64,000 bases of DNA, taken from Psammoneis japonica. Taxonomy: Eukaryota. The DNA is taken from NCBI GenBank assembly GCA_008632985.1, contig QPGO01000111.1:1-64000 (forward strand), given 5' to 3'. Both the position numbers and the translations under genes were made by a program. How positions within the stretch are numbered: the first letter of the stretch is position 1; each line of letters begins with the position of its first letter. This document shows, one piece after another, positions 32,697 to 45,363 of this stretch. The notes below the pieces were generated by a model that did not search any database, was not told where the DNA came from, and saw only the letters and a program-made list of their open reading frames with translations.

Positions 32697-34304
32697 ATGC
32701 ATCGTCGAGTAGTTGTTGCTTCTGGTGTCAGCCGCACAGCACTACCAACAAAAGGGAGTACTCCTGGTACCATTATAAAGGATGCCGAGTCTAACTCAGA
32801 AAATTGCTCGCACAGTAAGAAAACCAAAAGGAGAATACTGCGAGGAAGGAGATATTTCTCAGAAAAGCTTGTTCTACGCTCAATTGTCGTGGGAGCCGTT
32901 TGTTCCTATCTTGTTTTCCGTGTTTGCTATCTCGAAGCGCCGATTGAAAACCTTCGAACAGGCCTTGGACTACGAGCAGCATCACCAATCAAGGTGGAGG
33001 GAGTGATTATAAGGCGTCATTACAGCACTACTGATTTCATAGCTCAACATGAAACATCGTCAACAAATGTGGCAGATATGACTACGAGAAAATTAAGAGA
33101 CGAGAAAGATGGGCATGTGCGCCTTTATGCCTTTGACGAGAGGCCTGAATCAGCACGATTATCAAAAGAGTGGGACTTGATCTATACAGACCGTTCAGAG
33201 AATCATGCCCTCAACGTTTCTCAAGTCGATGCGAACGTTTGCCTTGGTTCTTCCTCTCAGAATGGCATTCGTTGCCTACCCTCCTTATTTATTGTTGGCT
33301 TTGAAAAGTGCAGCACGACCGCCATTAGCATATTTCTGTCCCACCACCCAAACCTTCAATCTCGATGGTTAGAGGGGCGATTCTTTGAGCACGTGCGCCA
33401 TGAGCAAGACCTTGAACATTGGTACGATCGGTACCTCACAACGACTGTTCCAGCAATACCAGACGGCAGAGTGGGTCAATATTGGGCTTTTGAAAAGTCT
33501 CCAGCCTATGCTTCTTCTCCAGCTGCACCACAAATGTTGTCTTCGTTGCTTCCTTCGGCAAAGCTGCTCTTTGTAACGCGCAATCCCACCGAACGAGCGT
33601 ACAGCATGTTTGTCATGTACAGTAGTCACTGGCCCAATGTTTCCAGCTTCTTCCGAGTGCATCGTCTTTCCTTTTTCATCAAGAATATGAAAACCGGAGA
33701 TGTTCGCTATGTCGGAGATCCAACCATGCAATACAGTTCCGGACCTGGAGTAGGCGGAACACAGGTGCCGTCGGAGCAGCTACCAAGCAGTCGTGCCGAC
33801 GAGGAGTGGCGCTTCTTGTCGTTTCCCCCAGATCCAAAAGACTTCCATTCATGGGTTCGATACGCTCTAGACCGGGCCAAGGAGCACAAACCAAAGTTGA
33901 CAGACAACTCTCGACAGCATCGTCTCCTCTTTGGAGGCTGCTATGCATCATACCTCAAAAGATGGCTCCGATTCTTCCCGCCAGAGAACTTTGTGCTATT
34001 ACAAAGCGAGATGTTCTTCACCGACGAGACACCAGCTTCCTTAATAACGCTGCAAGAGACATTGGGTCTCCCATTGTACGACTACCGTAACATCGGAACC
34101 TTTGAAGCCAATGGCCGATTCGACATTTTGTCTCCGGGATCGTTTTCAAACGAGTTTGTCAATGGCTACCATGGTGTGCCTCCAATGCTGGATGAAACGA
34201 GAGCACTGCTTGACGAATTTTATTGCAAGGAAAACAAGGAGCTGAGCGCTATGCTCGGCGGGAGAAGCCTACCTGGATATGCTTGTGCAGATCGTGCGGC
34301 TTAG
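32697..34304 (+). CDS. Golgi-type sulfotransferase (heparan sulfate 3-O/NDST-like fold), type II membrane protein
   Basis: 5'-PSB loop PSLFIVGFEKCSTT, FEKSPAY, 3'-PB RNPTERAYS, and an N-terminal TM helix. Confidence 0.85.
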   Translation: MHRRVVVASGVSRTALPTKGSTPGTIIKDAESNSENCSHSKKTKRRILRGRRYFSEKLVLRSIVVGAVCSYLVFRVCYLEAPIENLRTGLGLRAASPIKVEGVIIRRHYSTTDFIAQHETSSTNVADMTTRKLRDEKDGHVRLYAFDERPESARLSKEWDLIYTDRSENHALNVSQVDANVCLGSSSQNGIRCLPSLFIVGFEKCSTTAISIFLSHHPNLQSRWLEGRFFEHVRHEQDLEHWYDRYLTTTVPAIPDGRVGQYWAFEKSPAYASSPAAPQMLSSLLPSAKLLFVTRNPTERAYSMFVMYSSHWPNVSSFFRVHRLSFFIKNMKTGDVRYVGDPTMQYSSGPGVGGTQVPSEQLPSSRADEEWRFLSFPPDPKDFHSWVRYALDRAKEHKPKLTDNSRQHRLLFGGCYASYLKRWLRFFPPENFVLLQSEMFFTDETPASLITLQETLGLPLYDYRNIGTFEANGRFDILSPGSFSNEFVNGYHGVPPMLDETRALLDEFYCKENKELSAMLGGRSLPGYACADRAA

Positions 34305-34704
34305 AATCCATCGAATAAAGGTTCAACTCGATACGAATGTCCTGAGTCACGGGTGCTGAAGCTTAATCGACATTCCCGGACTTTCATGGAATCGCTTGGG
34401 TGTAAAGGCTTTCTCATTTCTTCCTTTCTGTTTCGCTCTCTGCTCTCCCGCCACGTGGCTCAATGCCTCTGGAGTCCAAAGGCTTTTCCCAAGACGTCTG
34501 CTACAAGGAGTTCTGCACAGTGTGAGAGTGCACGAGGACTCGCATACTCCTAATCAGAACGAGCAAGAATAGGTAGGCACCATGCCTCTCTCTACAGGGG
34601 AGGAGTAAGAAAGCACTGTACATGAGAATTGTAAGCTTGCAACCTAATCTTCAAAACTAAATGAACTCGCAATCTAATTTTTGTGCAACTACATACAAGG
34701 TACT

Positions 34705-36558
34705 TTAAACAACTCTGAACACAAACGCCGATCCCGATCTATCGCCATTGGGATCACTCCCAGTTGAACCAATTCCAATGGTCCCATTTCCACAAATCGT
34801 CACTGAATTTCCGAGACGATCTAATTCGGCTCTGCCAAATACACCCTCACCCAATTGATTCCATTCGCCCTTGTTAATGTCGTACTTGAGCATCACAGCA
34901 TGACCAGCTTCTGTTAAACCACTCGCGTTGTATAACCGACTTCCTACAGCCAACCTATCTCCTTCTCCATTCAAGGCCACTGAATACCCAAAGCCATCTC
35001 CGGGTTGACGAGTATGCATGGTTGGGCCTCGTTGCACCCATTCTTCTCCTGCAGCGTCGTAGGCGAAGACAAAAACCTTTTCATCGTCCACCTTGGATGC
35101 TCCCGCCGCAACGATCAAGCCATCGTCATTGAGAGAAACCGAAATTCCGAGCAAGTCTCCAGTTTCTCCAATGAGTGGCTCACCCATTGGTACCCACAAG
35201 TCCAATGTTGAATCGTATCGAAACATGGACACCTGCCCAGCGTTCTTTCCGCCATCATCCACGGAACGTGCCCCAACCGCAATAATAGTACCAGCACGGT
35301 TCATGGACACGGATTCACCAAACAAATCATGTTGGGATGGCCCATCAAGTGTCTGTCCAACTTGTTCCCAGCTACCACCGACGTATCGGTATGCCCGAAC
35401 CCATCCAGAATTGAGCCCATTCACGGTGTCTCCCCTCCGGGCTCCCACCAAGAGAGTATCGCCCGTATCGGATAATGACACGGAAATACCAAATTCATCC
35501 CCCACAATGTCTCCTGTCACGTCCGTTCCAAGTTGGAACCACTCTCGTGCGGTAACATTGTACTCGTAGACTCGTACATAACCAGAATCCGACTTTTCAC
35601 CGCTTTCGCTCTTCTGTAGCGCTCCGACCGCTAGTCTTGATCCATTGTCGTTCAATGCAACCGATCTGCCGTAGACGGCTTGGATTCCTTCTCCTCTCAG
35701 AATTTGACCCTTGGGGATCCAAGCAGACTGAGTGGATGATGATTCATCCAATTCAAACACGGAAGCATATCCACGAGTGTCTCCATGGGAATATTTTTGA
35801 GTGGCTCCAACAGCCATGACTCTTGCATCCCGTGACAAGGCCACGGACGTGCCGTAGTAGTCTTCGGTCGCATTCCCCGTCAGATTCTGTCCAATCTGAC
35901 TCCATGTTCCATTCAATATCTGGACCGTAGGAGTCTCAATGGGAGCCGACGATGACTTTGAATCTTTCTGGGTGGAAACCACAACCGCCACGACCACACC
36001 AACCACAATCAACAGCATGACTGCAATCAAAAAGAGCAATCGTTTCCTGTTTTGGGTTCCTTTTGCCACTTGTGCATGTACAAGTGGGAGCTTCTTGGGC
36101 AAATCTTGTAACTCTTCTTGAAGTCGACGAGACAATTCAGCTTCGAGATCTTCGTCTGGCTGCGCGAGTTGTGCTTCCAAAAGCACAGGCGTCTCGTCGT
36201 CGTTTTGAGTACGAGGAGGAGCTTCAGACAGCATCAGTGATAAATCATCTGTTGCTGTGGCCTGTTCCGCCGCAGTCTCGGTATCTTCTTCGGTAGGAAG
36301 AATACCACGTCGAACAGATTGACCTTCTCCGCTGACTGCAAACGCTCCAACGGGGGGAGGTGGGGCTGCAGTGTCTGCGTCGTCTCGATTGACGGCTTGT
36401 TCTTGTTCACGATCGTTAGATTCTTCAGAACCTTCCGGGTTTTCTTTCTTTTTCTGTTTCTCCAACGATAATTCTTCGAGATTATTCAAAGATCCATCCG
36501 TCCTCCCGGATCTTTCTTCATCATGGCGCCTCTGTTTCTCATCATCCTTGTTCGTCAT
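34705..36558 (-). CDS. Single-pass membrane protein with an extracellular FG-GAP-like beta-propeller
   Basis: About 7 repeats of W.Q.G..L.G....D.FG.SVSL...G..LAVGA, one TM helix, and a cytosolic N-terminus with a PVGAFAV motif. Confidence 0.85.
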   Translation of the reverse strand: MTNKDDEKQRRHDEERSGRTDGSLNNLEELSLEKQKKKENPEGSEESNDREQEQAVNRDDADTAAPPPPVGAFAVSGEGQSVRRGILPTEEDTETAAEQATATDDLSLMLSEAPPRTQNDDETPVLLEAQLAQPDEDLEAELSRRLQEELQDLPKKLPLVHAQVAKGTQNRKRLLFLIAVMLLIVVGVVVAVVVSTQKDSKSSSAPIETPTVQILNGTWSQIGQNLTGNATEDYYGTSVALSRDARVMAVGATQKYSHGDTRGYASVFELDESSSTQSAWIPKGQILRGEGIQAVYGRSVALNDNGSRLAVGALQKSESGEKSDSGYVRVYEYNVTAREWFQLGTDVTGDIVGDEFGISVSLSDTGDTLLVGARRGDTVNGLNSGWVRAYRYVGGSWEQVGQTLDGPSQHDLFGESVSMNRAGTIIAVGARSVDDGGKNAGQVSMFRYDSTLDLWVPMGEPLIGETGDLLGISVSLNDDGLIVAAGASKVDDEKVFVFAYDAAGEEWVQRGPTMHTRQPGDGFGYSVALNGEGDRLAVGSRLYNASGLTEAGHAVMLKYDINKGEWNQLGEGVFGRAELDRLGNSVTICGNGTIGIGSTGSDPNGDRSGSAFVFRVV

Positions 36559-37081
36559 GTTTGTGGCTTATCGATAGACTGTAAATCCAAAGTACTGTAG
36601 AAGAAGGAGTGGAGTGAAGTGAAGCTCTCTCTTGGTGCAGAGTTTTGTTATGAGATTGTTGTGTGCCCGTAACAGTCATGTAACAGTCATCTGTCATCAA
36701 CAGGACGCAACCCTCATGAGCCTTCGCATTCTGACACCTCAAACTTGAACTTGTGTCGAGAGAAGAAAGACTTATTGTGACGTCATCACCACATGTCCAA
36801 TTTTGTGAGTGTGTCCAGAGATATTTTTGCTTGGGTTCCCGAGACCGAACACCGTTGTGCGTGCGCGCTACCGTCTTGCATGTGAATGCCTGTGGACATT
36901 TATGTACGTATCAAAGCATGAATAACGCTTCTTAAGTATTCGTTTTCTGTTCCACGATCCGGCATGATCGCCGACGATCGCAGATCGAAGTCACTTTTTG
37001 GCGAGATTGTCATCTTGTGCCGGCGACCTCCTGCTGTTGGAAAAGAGCAACACCAATGCGGCTGCATTCTCACGTGAGAAA

Positions 37082-39392
37082 ATGGCGGTCTCACTCACTT
37101 TCATTGGCGTCCTTGTCACGCTAGATGTCCTCTTTCTTGCCAACTACGTGCTTATCAAATGGTTCCGAAAGTGGACCGACCAACGAGAAGGAGAACTTGC
37201 CGCCGAACGATCCGCTGCCAAGTTGAGAGCTGGTAGCTTGCGGAATGTATTCAATTTTTCGTCTTCGAAACCAAATCGACTAGTGGTTTACTTCCAAGCG
37301 ATTTTTCAAGATGCTGTTCATCGCGATTGTAGTAGCGTTCAAAAGTTTGAAAACTGGTGCGATCTTCCCTATGCATGCGGTAAATTGGCTACCGTCGCTC
37401 TTGTCATTTTCTCGGTTTGTCTATTATCCACAGACTTTTTGGTAAGCAATATTTCTTGCGTTCGTCAAGTTTACATTGTATAAAAGTCAACATGCACGAC
37501 AGGCACACTAACCACGTCCACGGTCGTGATCCGCCACTTCCATGTCAACCTCCGTTCAGGCGCCAGATTCAATGTTTAGTAAAAATGCATCCTCCAATCG
37601 AGGCTTTTGCAAAACCGTCAAATCCAACGATACGTTAAACAGCTTTGAGTCTCTCGTAAGCTCTGCGGTAAATTTGAATCAATCGAGAAACCAATATAAC
37701 TGGACAAACGGATTCCACGAGGCACTCGTCGCCGACACTTCACTATACGGTACAGATGGCTTTGAGTGTGCAAGTACTAGTGAAATGTCGGGATCCAAAG
37801 ACGATTGGACCAACACGAACCAATCCTTTTTTCCTGGCTACTGTGCTGCTGCCAAACAAGCAGAAATAGATCTAGCCATGCGAGCACGATGCAAAGAACA
37901 ACGGTGTAAATGTGCAAGACTTTTGAATACCGGTGTAAAGCTATGCTGGCTAGCAAAAATATGTGTCGACGTTGAGGTCTCATGTCCCGCGTACACGGGC
38001 GACCAGGAGGCAGAGTTACAAGACTATTACTCGCAGAATGAGCAAGATATAAAAGCCGAAGAAGAAAATCAGGCAAACGCCGGCGATTCACTTCCCACCT
38101 TGTCAAGCAAACTGTCGTCGGGTGCTGCATATACAATCAAGAAAATTATGCACCAGGTTAATGTGGCATCCACATTATATGCAGTATATTCCCTGATTGG
38201 CCTTTTCTTCCCAGCTCCGTTATTGATGTTTCGGTTACCGTTTTGGTACCACCTCAAACGTTTCCTTTTTGGTATTCACAAGCCAACATTCATTCTACTC
38301 GTCGTGGCTTTGTGGTGGGGTATTGAGTATTTTTATCCAATCTGGATGAATCCTGATGTCCGTCTTTATCTTCGGATGATACGCCTCGGAGACCCGTGCC
38401 TGTTTGATAGCGATTTTATCAACGCAAAGGTAGGCGTGATAAAGAATGTCTGCCAAGAGCTCGTGGCCTTGGAGGCCAATTTCACGGCAAGCACATTGGC
38501 AATAAACCGAATCAGCACTGAGGTGGGATTCTTCATCAATTCATGCAACTGCTCCTTTCCCAATCAAAACTTGCTCTACTTCCAGACACCTCGATACATT
38601 TATCGCAACCAAGCCAAGGAATTTGGATTTGTGCGAGAGATTGACGGTTTATGCCAACAACCGTACTGCAATCAAGTCTTCTTTCCCCAAAAGGGAAACT
38701 CATTTCTTGGTGAAACGTCAATGTGCTTTGACACAAGTCTCGCAAGAAAATATCTCTTCAAAGCCCCTGGGGAAGGTGCAGTAACCAATTGGTGGCAGAT
38801 TTGGATAAGCACCGGCATTCTAGCAAAGCTTCTCGTCACGTTCGCCGCGACAAACTTTTGTATCGCTGTTTACCATATGGCGGATCCACTCAGTTATTGT
38901 GGTGGGCGCTTTGAATGGCCCCCTGAATATTTGTTTCGTGGTCGTTCGATCAACAATACAGCTCGCATCAAGGTTTCCAGTGCAACCGGTATGCCTTCGG
39001 ATATGGCGCTGGAGCTAAGGGCTCGCAAGACTGCAAGTCTATGCATCATATCACGAAAATGGGTCATTATTTGGGGTATACTGACGCATTTATGCCTCCT
39101 AAATTTGGCCATGTCAACTGCAGATGCCAACGTTAGCATCATGGGTACCAACAATGGTCTATTCCTCCTATTCGGCTTGGGATTGAATGTCGCCTTCTTC
39201 TTTGTGCTGCTATGCCTCCGCCGCCGTTCTCGGCAGCAGTCCAAAGATGACGAGGACAAGACGGAGCCAGACGACATCGCAAAGCCATACATCATGCTAG
39301 GATCCAACGAAAGTGAAAGCGACACTATCCTCTTGAGCTCCGTTTCGTCATCGTCATCAAGCGAAGACGGTAACTGTCGCAGTATCCTTTGA
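37082..39392 (+). CDS. Uncharacterised polytopic membrane protein with Cys-rich loops; intron 37442-37559
   Basis: Two ORFs joined in frame by GTAAGC...CACTAAC...CAG, with several TM segments and N-glycosylation sequons. Confidence 0.7.
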
Positions 39393-39718
39393 AGATTGAG
39401 AACGAGCTACCGTTGAAAAGGATACGATCAAGAATTTTCATCACAATCAAGCCACGGCTACGGCTACTGGTATTCGTATCCATGTCAGCATTCTTACCGA
39501 GAGAACCGTGCCAAGAATGAACAATGAAGTGCAGCATTGTATCGAGTGCCGACGTCCTGTTGACCTATTTCTGTCCATACCGGGTACTGTATTTTAATCC
39601 GGTGCACTAGAATTGCTTGAATGATATCCAATGATAGATAATAATCAGATACTGTAACACTTGTACATTTACCTAAAACCTGCTACTGACTACTACTCGT
39701 AACATGGTACGATCATAC

Positions 39719-40963
39719 TTATTCCTTGTTTTCTCCTGTTTTGACAAAGTCCGGATTGTTCGTCAAGAACCAAAAAATAAGATTCTCATCGCAGCGCGGA
39801 CCTGCCAAGACATGCGGCCAAAGAGCTGCAGGCACGTCGTGGCGACGTAGCAAGTGTCTTCCTGCGTTGTTCATCTTGATGTAGCAATCCATTACATCAA
39901 CTTCCGTGACCTGGCCATACATCGGTATATACAAATGTTGCAAACTCACATCTCGAACGGAATACGAAACTTCTCCAATGTCCTTGGCTGTGGTTGTAAG
40001 CGACCAACAACCATACAAGTCGAGACGTCGAAGACTCGGCAGCTCCAGAATTTCCTTTGGAATCAACGTCAACTGCTTACACCCCCCCAGATCTAAGCAC
40101 TCCAACTTTGTGAGCAATGCCATCTTGGCAGGCAACTCAACAAGTTCGGAACAACCGCTAAGATCCAACGTCGTTAGATTGACCAGATTGCTCACGTCGA
40201 CTTGCAAGAATTCATCCAAGCCACTGGAGCAGCTGTCAAGTTTTAATTTTTGCAGCTGTGAAAGCTTCCCAATCTCAATTGGGAGTTTTGTGAGTTTCTG
40301 GCAATTAGAAAGATTGAGTCCCTCGAGCTGATGTAACTGCCCGATTTTAGGAGACAACTCAGCGAGGAGGGAGCTGCAATCACTCAAATCCAGCGCCTCC
40401 AAGTTTGTCAACTGCCAAAATTGATCTGGCAACTGTTCAAGACTTGTGCACCCACTAATGCAAAGTGTTGTCAGCTGCTCCTTCAATTGCCCGATTCCCA
40501 TTGGCAACTCTTCGAAACTTGCGCAATCTATAAGGTAAAGGCATCTAAGCTGCTTCAATTGCCCAATTCCCTTGGGCAAACTTTTGAGTGCAATGCAATG
40601 ATACAAAAGCAGCGTCTTCAAGCTTTTCAATTGGCACACTTCATCAGGCAACGCAACAATGACCGAGTTTTGAGACAAATGCAAAACTTCAAGTCGCTGC
40701 AGCTGTCCGATTTCGCGAGGGATCCGCTCAAGATGGAAGCAACTCTCCACGCGCAATTCGACAAGCAGATGCAACAAGCGGATTTCGCGCGGCAGCTCAA
40801 CCAAATCATGAAGTTGGAACAAATGGATTTCTCTTACATCGATGTAGTTTTCGTGTCCTTCCTCATTAGTGACGAGACAATCATTTAGCAAATCCGACCT
40901 TGGCAATCCCGTAGCTCGTGCCGTTGCAGTGAGGATTCGGTCGGAAGCATCGTCATCGTCCAT
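39719..40963 (-). CDS. Leucine-rich repeat protein (24-aa LxxLxxLxLxxCxxLxxLPxxIG repeats)
   Basis: About 11 plant-R-gene-like LRRs and a C-terminal N.AGRHLL...ALWPHVL...IFWFL cap. Confidence 0.9.
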   Translation of the reverse strand: MDDDDASDRILTATARATGLPRSDLLNDCLVTNEEGHENYIDVREIHLFQLHDLVELPREIRLLHLLVELRVESCFHLERIPREIGQLQRLEVLHLSQNSVIVALPDEVCQLKSLKTLLLYHCIALKSLPKGIGQLKQLRCLYLIDCASFEELPMGIGQLKEQLTTLCISGCTSLEQLPDQFWQLTNLEALDLSDCSSLLAELSPKIGQLHQLEGLNLSNCQKLTKLPIEIGKLSQLQKLKLDSCSSGLDEFLQVDVSNLVNLTTLDLSGCSELVELPAKMALLTKLECLDLGGCKQLTLIPKEILELPSLRRLDLYGCWSLTTTAKDIGEVSYSVRDVSLQHLYIPMYGQVTEVDVMDCYIKMNNAGRHLLRRHDVPAALWPHVLAGPRCDENLIFWFLTNNPDFVKTGENKE

Positions 40964-41517
40964 TGTTGTGATTCTTATTCCCCTGGAGATGGATTGTGAG
41001 AGTATTTAGCTCGCTCAAAGTGAGTTTGTTGCAAGAAAAATACCGTTGACGATTTCAAATGCTGTCAACGACCGTGCGCCGGGCCATGTCTCGTTGTGTG
41101 TGTGATGCGTTTCGCGATACATTTCTTGTGTGTCGTTTTTGATTGTTGGGCGATATTACAGGCGTTCTCATATAAACGCGAGAAAGCCAACACTGTGACT
41201 TATGTAATCAAAAGCCAACGTTTCGTTGACGGTACAAGTAAAACCGGACATAACTCCCGCGGGACCATCGTCTCGCAGTTTCTTTTCAAATGTTTTCTTT
41301 TGATTGTTTTGAAATTTTCGCTGTTCGCTTCCTGCGAACTCACTCCAACGCTCTACGCACCTTCCAACGTAAGATAATGAGTATCAGCATTGTCCCTACT
41401 GAGATACAAGTATATTTCTACATATGTGATTTCCTACACCAAAATGTACCAAATATAACGGCCGCGCGCCATTTTTCTGAAATCTTTTTGCAGCAGCAGC
41501 ACACAACAACAGCCACC

Positions 41518-43022
<1,505 letters not shown>

Positions 43023-43159
43023 AGTGTGGAAGACGATATTTGGGGATGATATGATTGAGAGAGTAGTGTGTAGTGTAGTAGTTTAGAATTAGGGCCAGAA
43101 TATTGAAAGCCGTTCTGTACTCAGCAACATCACAACGCATGGTCACTCCCAAGTCTATT

Positions 43160-44665
43160 TTAAGAGTCTTCTTCGTGATGCTTTCCCTTCTTCTTTTTCC
43201 CATGTGGCCCCTTTTCACCCCCCTTCTTTTTGCCCTTCTTTCCCTTTTTGCCGCCCTTCTTGCCCTTTTTCCCTCGACGGCAAGAGTCTGCATCGTAGTC
43301 AATACACGAGTAATCCGAAAGCGTCACCAAGGCTTGTTCATTTGGAAACTCCCCGATAAACTGGCATGCAACATCGTCGTCGTATGTTCCGAAGTTGTGC
43401 TGTGCATACACGGGAGCGCCGTTGAGCACAACGACGGGTGCGGCATGAACAAAATCATTGTGTAAAAAGCACGTGTTCTTTATCACAAGCGGTCCAACCG
43501 TGTTGATGGCCCAACCAATCGGCTAAACCAAAGAAGCGAAATGAATACAAGGTAAGCACAGCATCCACATAATTTCTCTAGAGCAACAAGGAGTAGTGAA
43601 GTATGCTCATACCTGCACACTTTGTTGTCCGTAGTCATTGTCTTGAAAGATACAGTTGTGGATCTCTAGCAGATTCTCAGGGCGGGCAGTTGTAATGATA
43701 CCAGGCCGGACACCCAGAGGACTTCCACTATTGCTCTACCAAAGAAAGATTCGTAAGATTACAATAGGCTCAATACACAAACGGATAAAAAAAATGAATC
43801 GAAGTTCGTACCTCAAAGACCGTTCTAATGAAAGAAATGGTTAGTGAGTTGATCCCTTGAGTCACCCTTGAGTTAGTTGCCTGAAGCCCCCTTCGCAAGT
43901 CCTGCTCCTCCTCTTCATCTTCTACTCCGTTGCGGTCTCGCTCATTGATTTTTCTGGATAACATCTTTGTTATCGTATCGACATCCAATTCTTCGTTGTC
44001 AAGTGTCATCATTCGTCGATTACTACGATTATCATAGATCATAACTATAGGGCCAATGGTTTGGTGATTCTAGAAAGTAGACAGGAAGGAGTTAGAAAGA
44101 TAACAAACGTTTCAAACAACAGATGTATGCACTTCTTGTCATGACCTACCCGAATGATACAGTCTACAAAGGATATGTCGCCAGGATTTGCAAAAACCAT
44201 GGAGAAGCTGTTCGAGCCTGCCTCCTCAAATGTGATTCCCTTGTACCGTACGTTTATTTGTGCAACATCGACACCCATTTGAAAACTCACGATTTGACTG
44301 CCACCACCCTTGATGACACAATTATTGGCAGATGAGCCATCTCGGCCACATTGGTACACGGCATTCGATCTTGGAAGCAAGGGACGGAAGCCGCCTTCAT
44401 AGTTTCCTCCGCCGACACTTACTCCCATGATAAATTCAGTGTTGGGACAGAGAATGTAGGTACGCGGAATGCTTTCATCAGCTGTTTGGTCATCCTCGGA
44501 CAGCTCATCGAGATCCGTGTAACATTCTGATTCCGAAGGCACAACGATTCTGGAAGAAGCCAATGACGACTCCTCGCAAAATGTCCTCCGACTGCAACCG
44601 AGCAAGACAACAAGAACAAGCAATGCTTTTCTAGTGAAGTTCATTTGCCGGTCCATCATTTCCAT
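43160..44665 (-). CDS. Multi-exon secreted protein with an RxL motif and Lys/Gly-rich tail
   Basis: Signal peptide, CYTDLDEL...YILCPNT...CGRDGSSANNCVI, several short GT-AG introns (e.g. donor ~44149), RRGLQ, and C-terminal GKKGKKGGKKGKKGKKK. Exact exon joins are not fully resolved. Confidence 0.7.
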
Positions 44666-45363
44666 CCCAAGTGTGCATCACTCGTTTGAAAGAATAACAA
44701 GGATGGTCTCCCCAAAAATGTGAGGTTGGTTTCGGTTGGGCGTTGGGTCGTTTGCGTGACAATACAATGTACATACCGGGATAACATTTTAAAAAATGAA
44801 TTATGGAAAGGATTTATTTACGTATAATATAAAATGTTAGTCAATTTTCTAATAGCTGTATTTTATATTGAGCGTTGAGTCTGCCATTCGAAATTTGAAT
44901 TTTTGGCGGTTCCTAGAGGTCGTTCATTAATGAGAAAGATGACATTCGCCTGGATTTTGTTGTTCCATTTCGGTTCGCAATCATATCAAGAATCCTGCAA
45001 CCATGATGGGCGATGATCTGTCGGTCCGAATCCTCGGTGGCACGGCCAGAGCTAGCTACTGGAATGCCAGAGACGCAATTGTTGGTTAATCGGTATGTAG
45101 CTGTTGAACCACGGTACAAAGGTCACGTCAATGTCAGTGGTGTCAACATCCCCCCAAACCATGGATATTGCCTCCATTATCCATTCTCTTCGAAACGGAT
45201 GTACATTATACTTTCCAGAGGGAGTAGAGTCAAATCTTCTGCAGGGAGATCTGCCTCGCGAACGAGAGCTCCTAGGCAAGCCACAACGCATGCCAAACAA
45301 TCTTTACTAAAATCCAGTTCTTGCTGGGAATCAATGCTGCCAAACAATCTATTATACATATGT

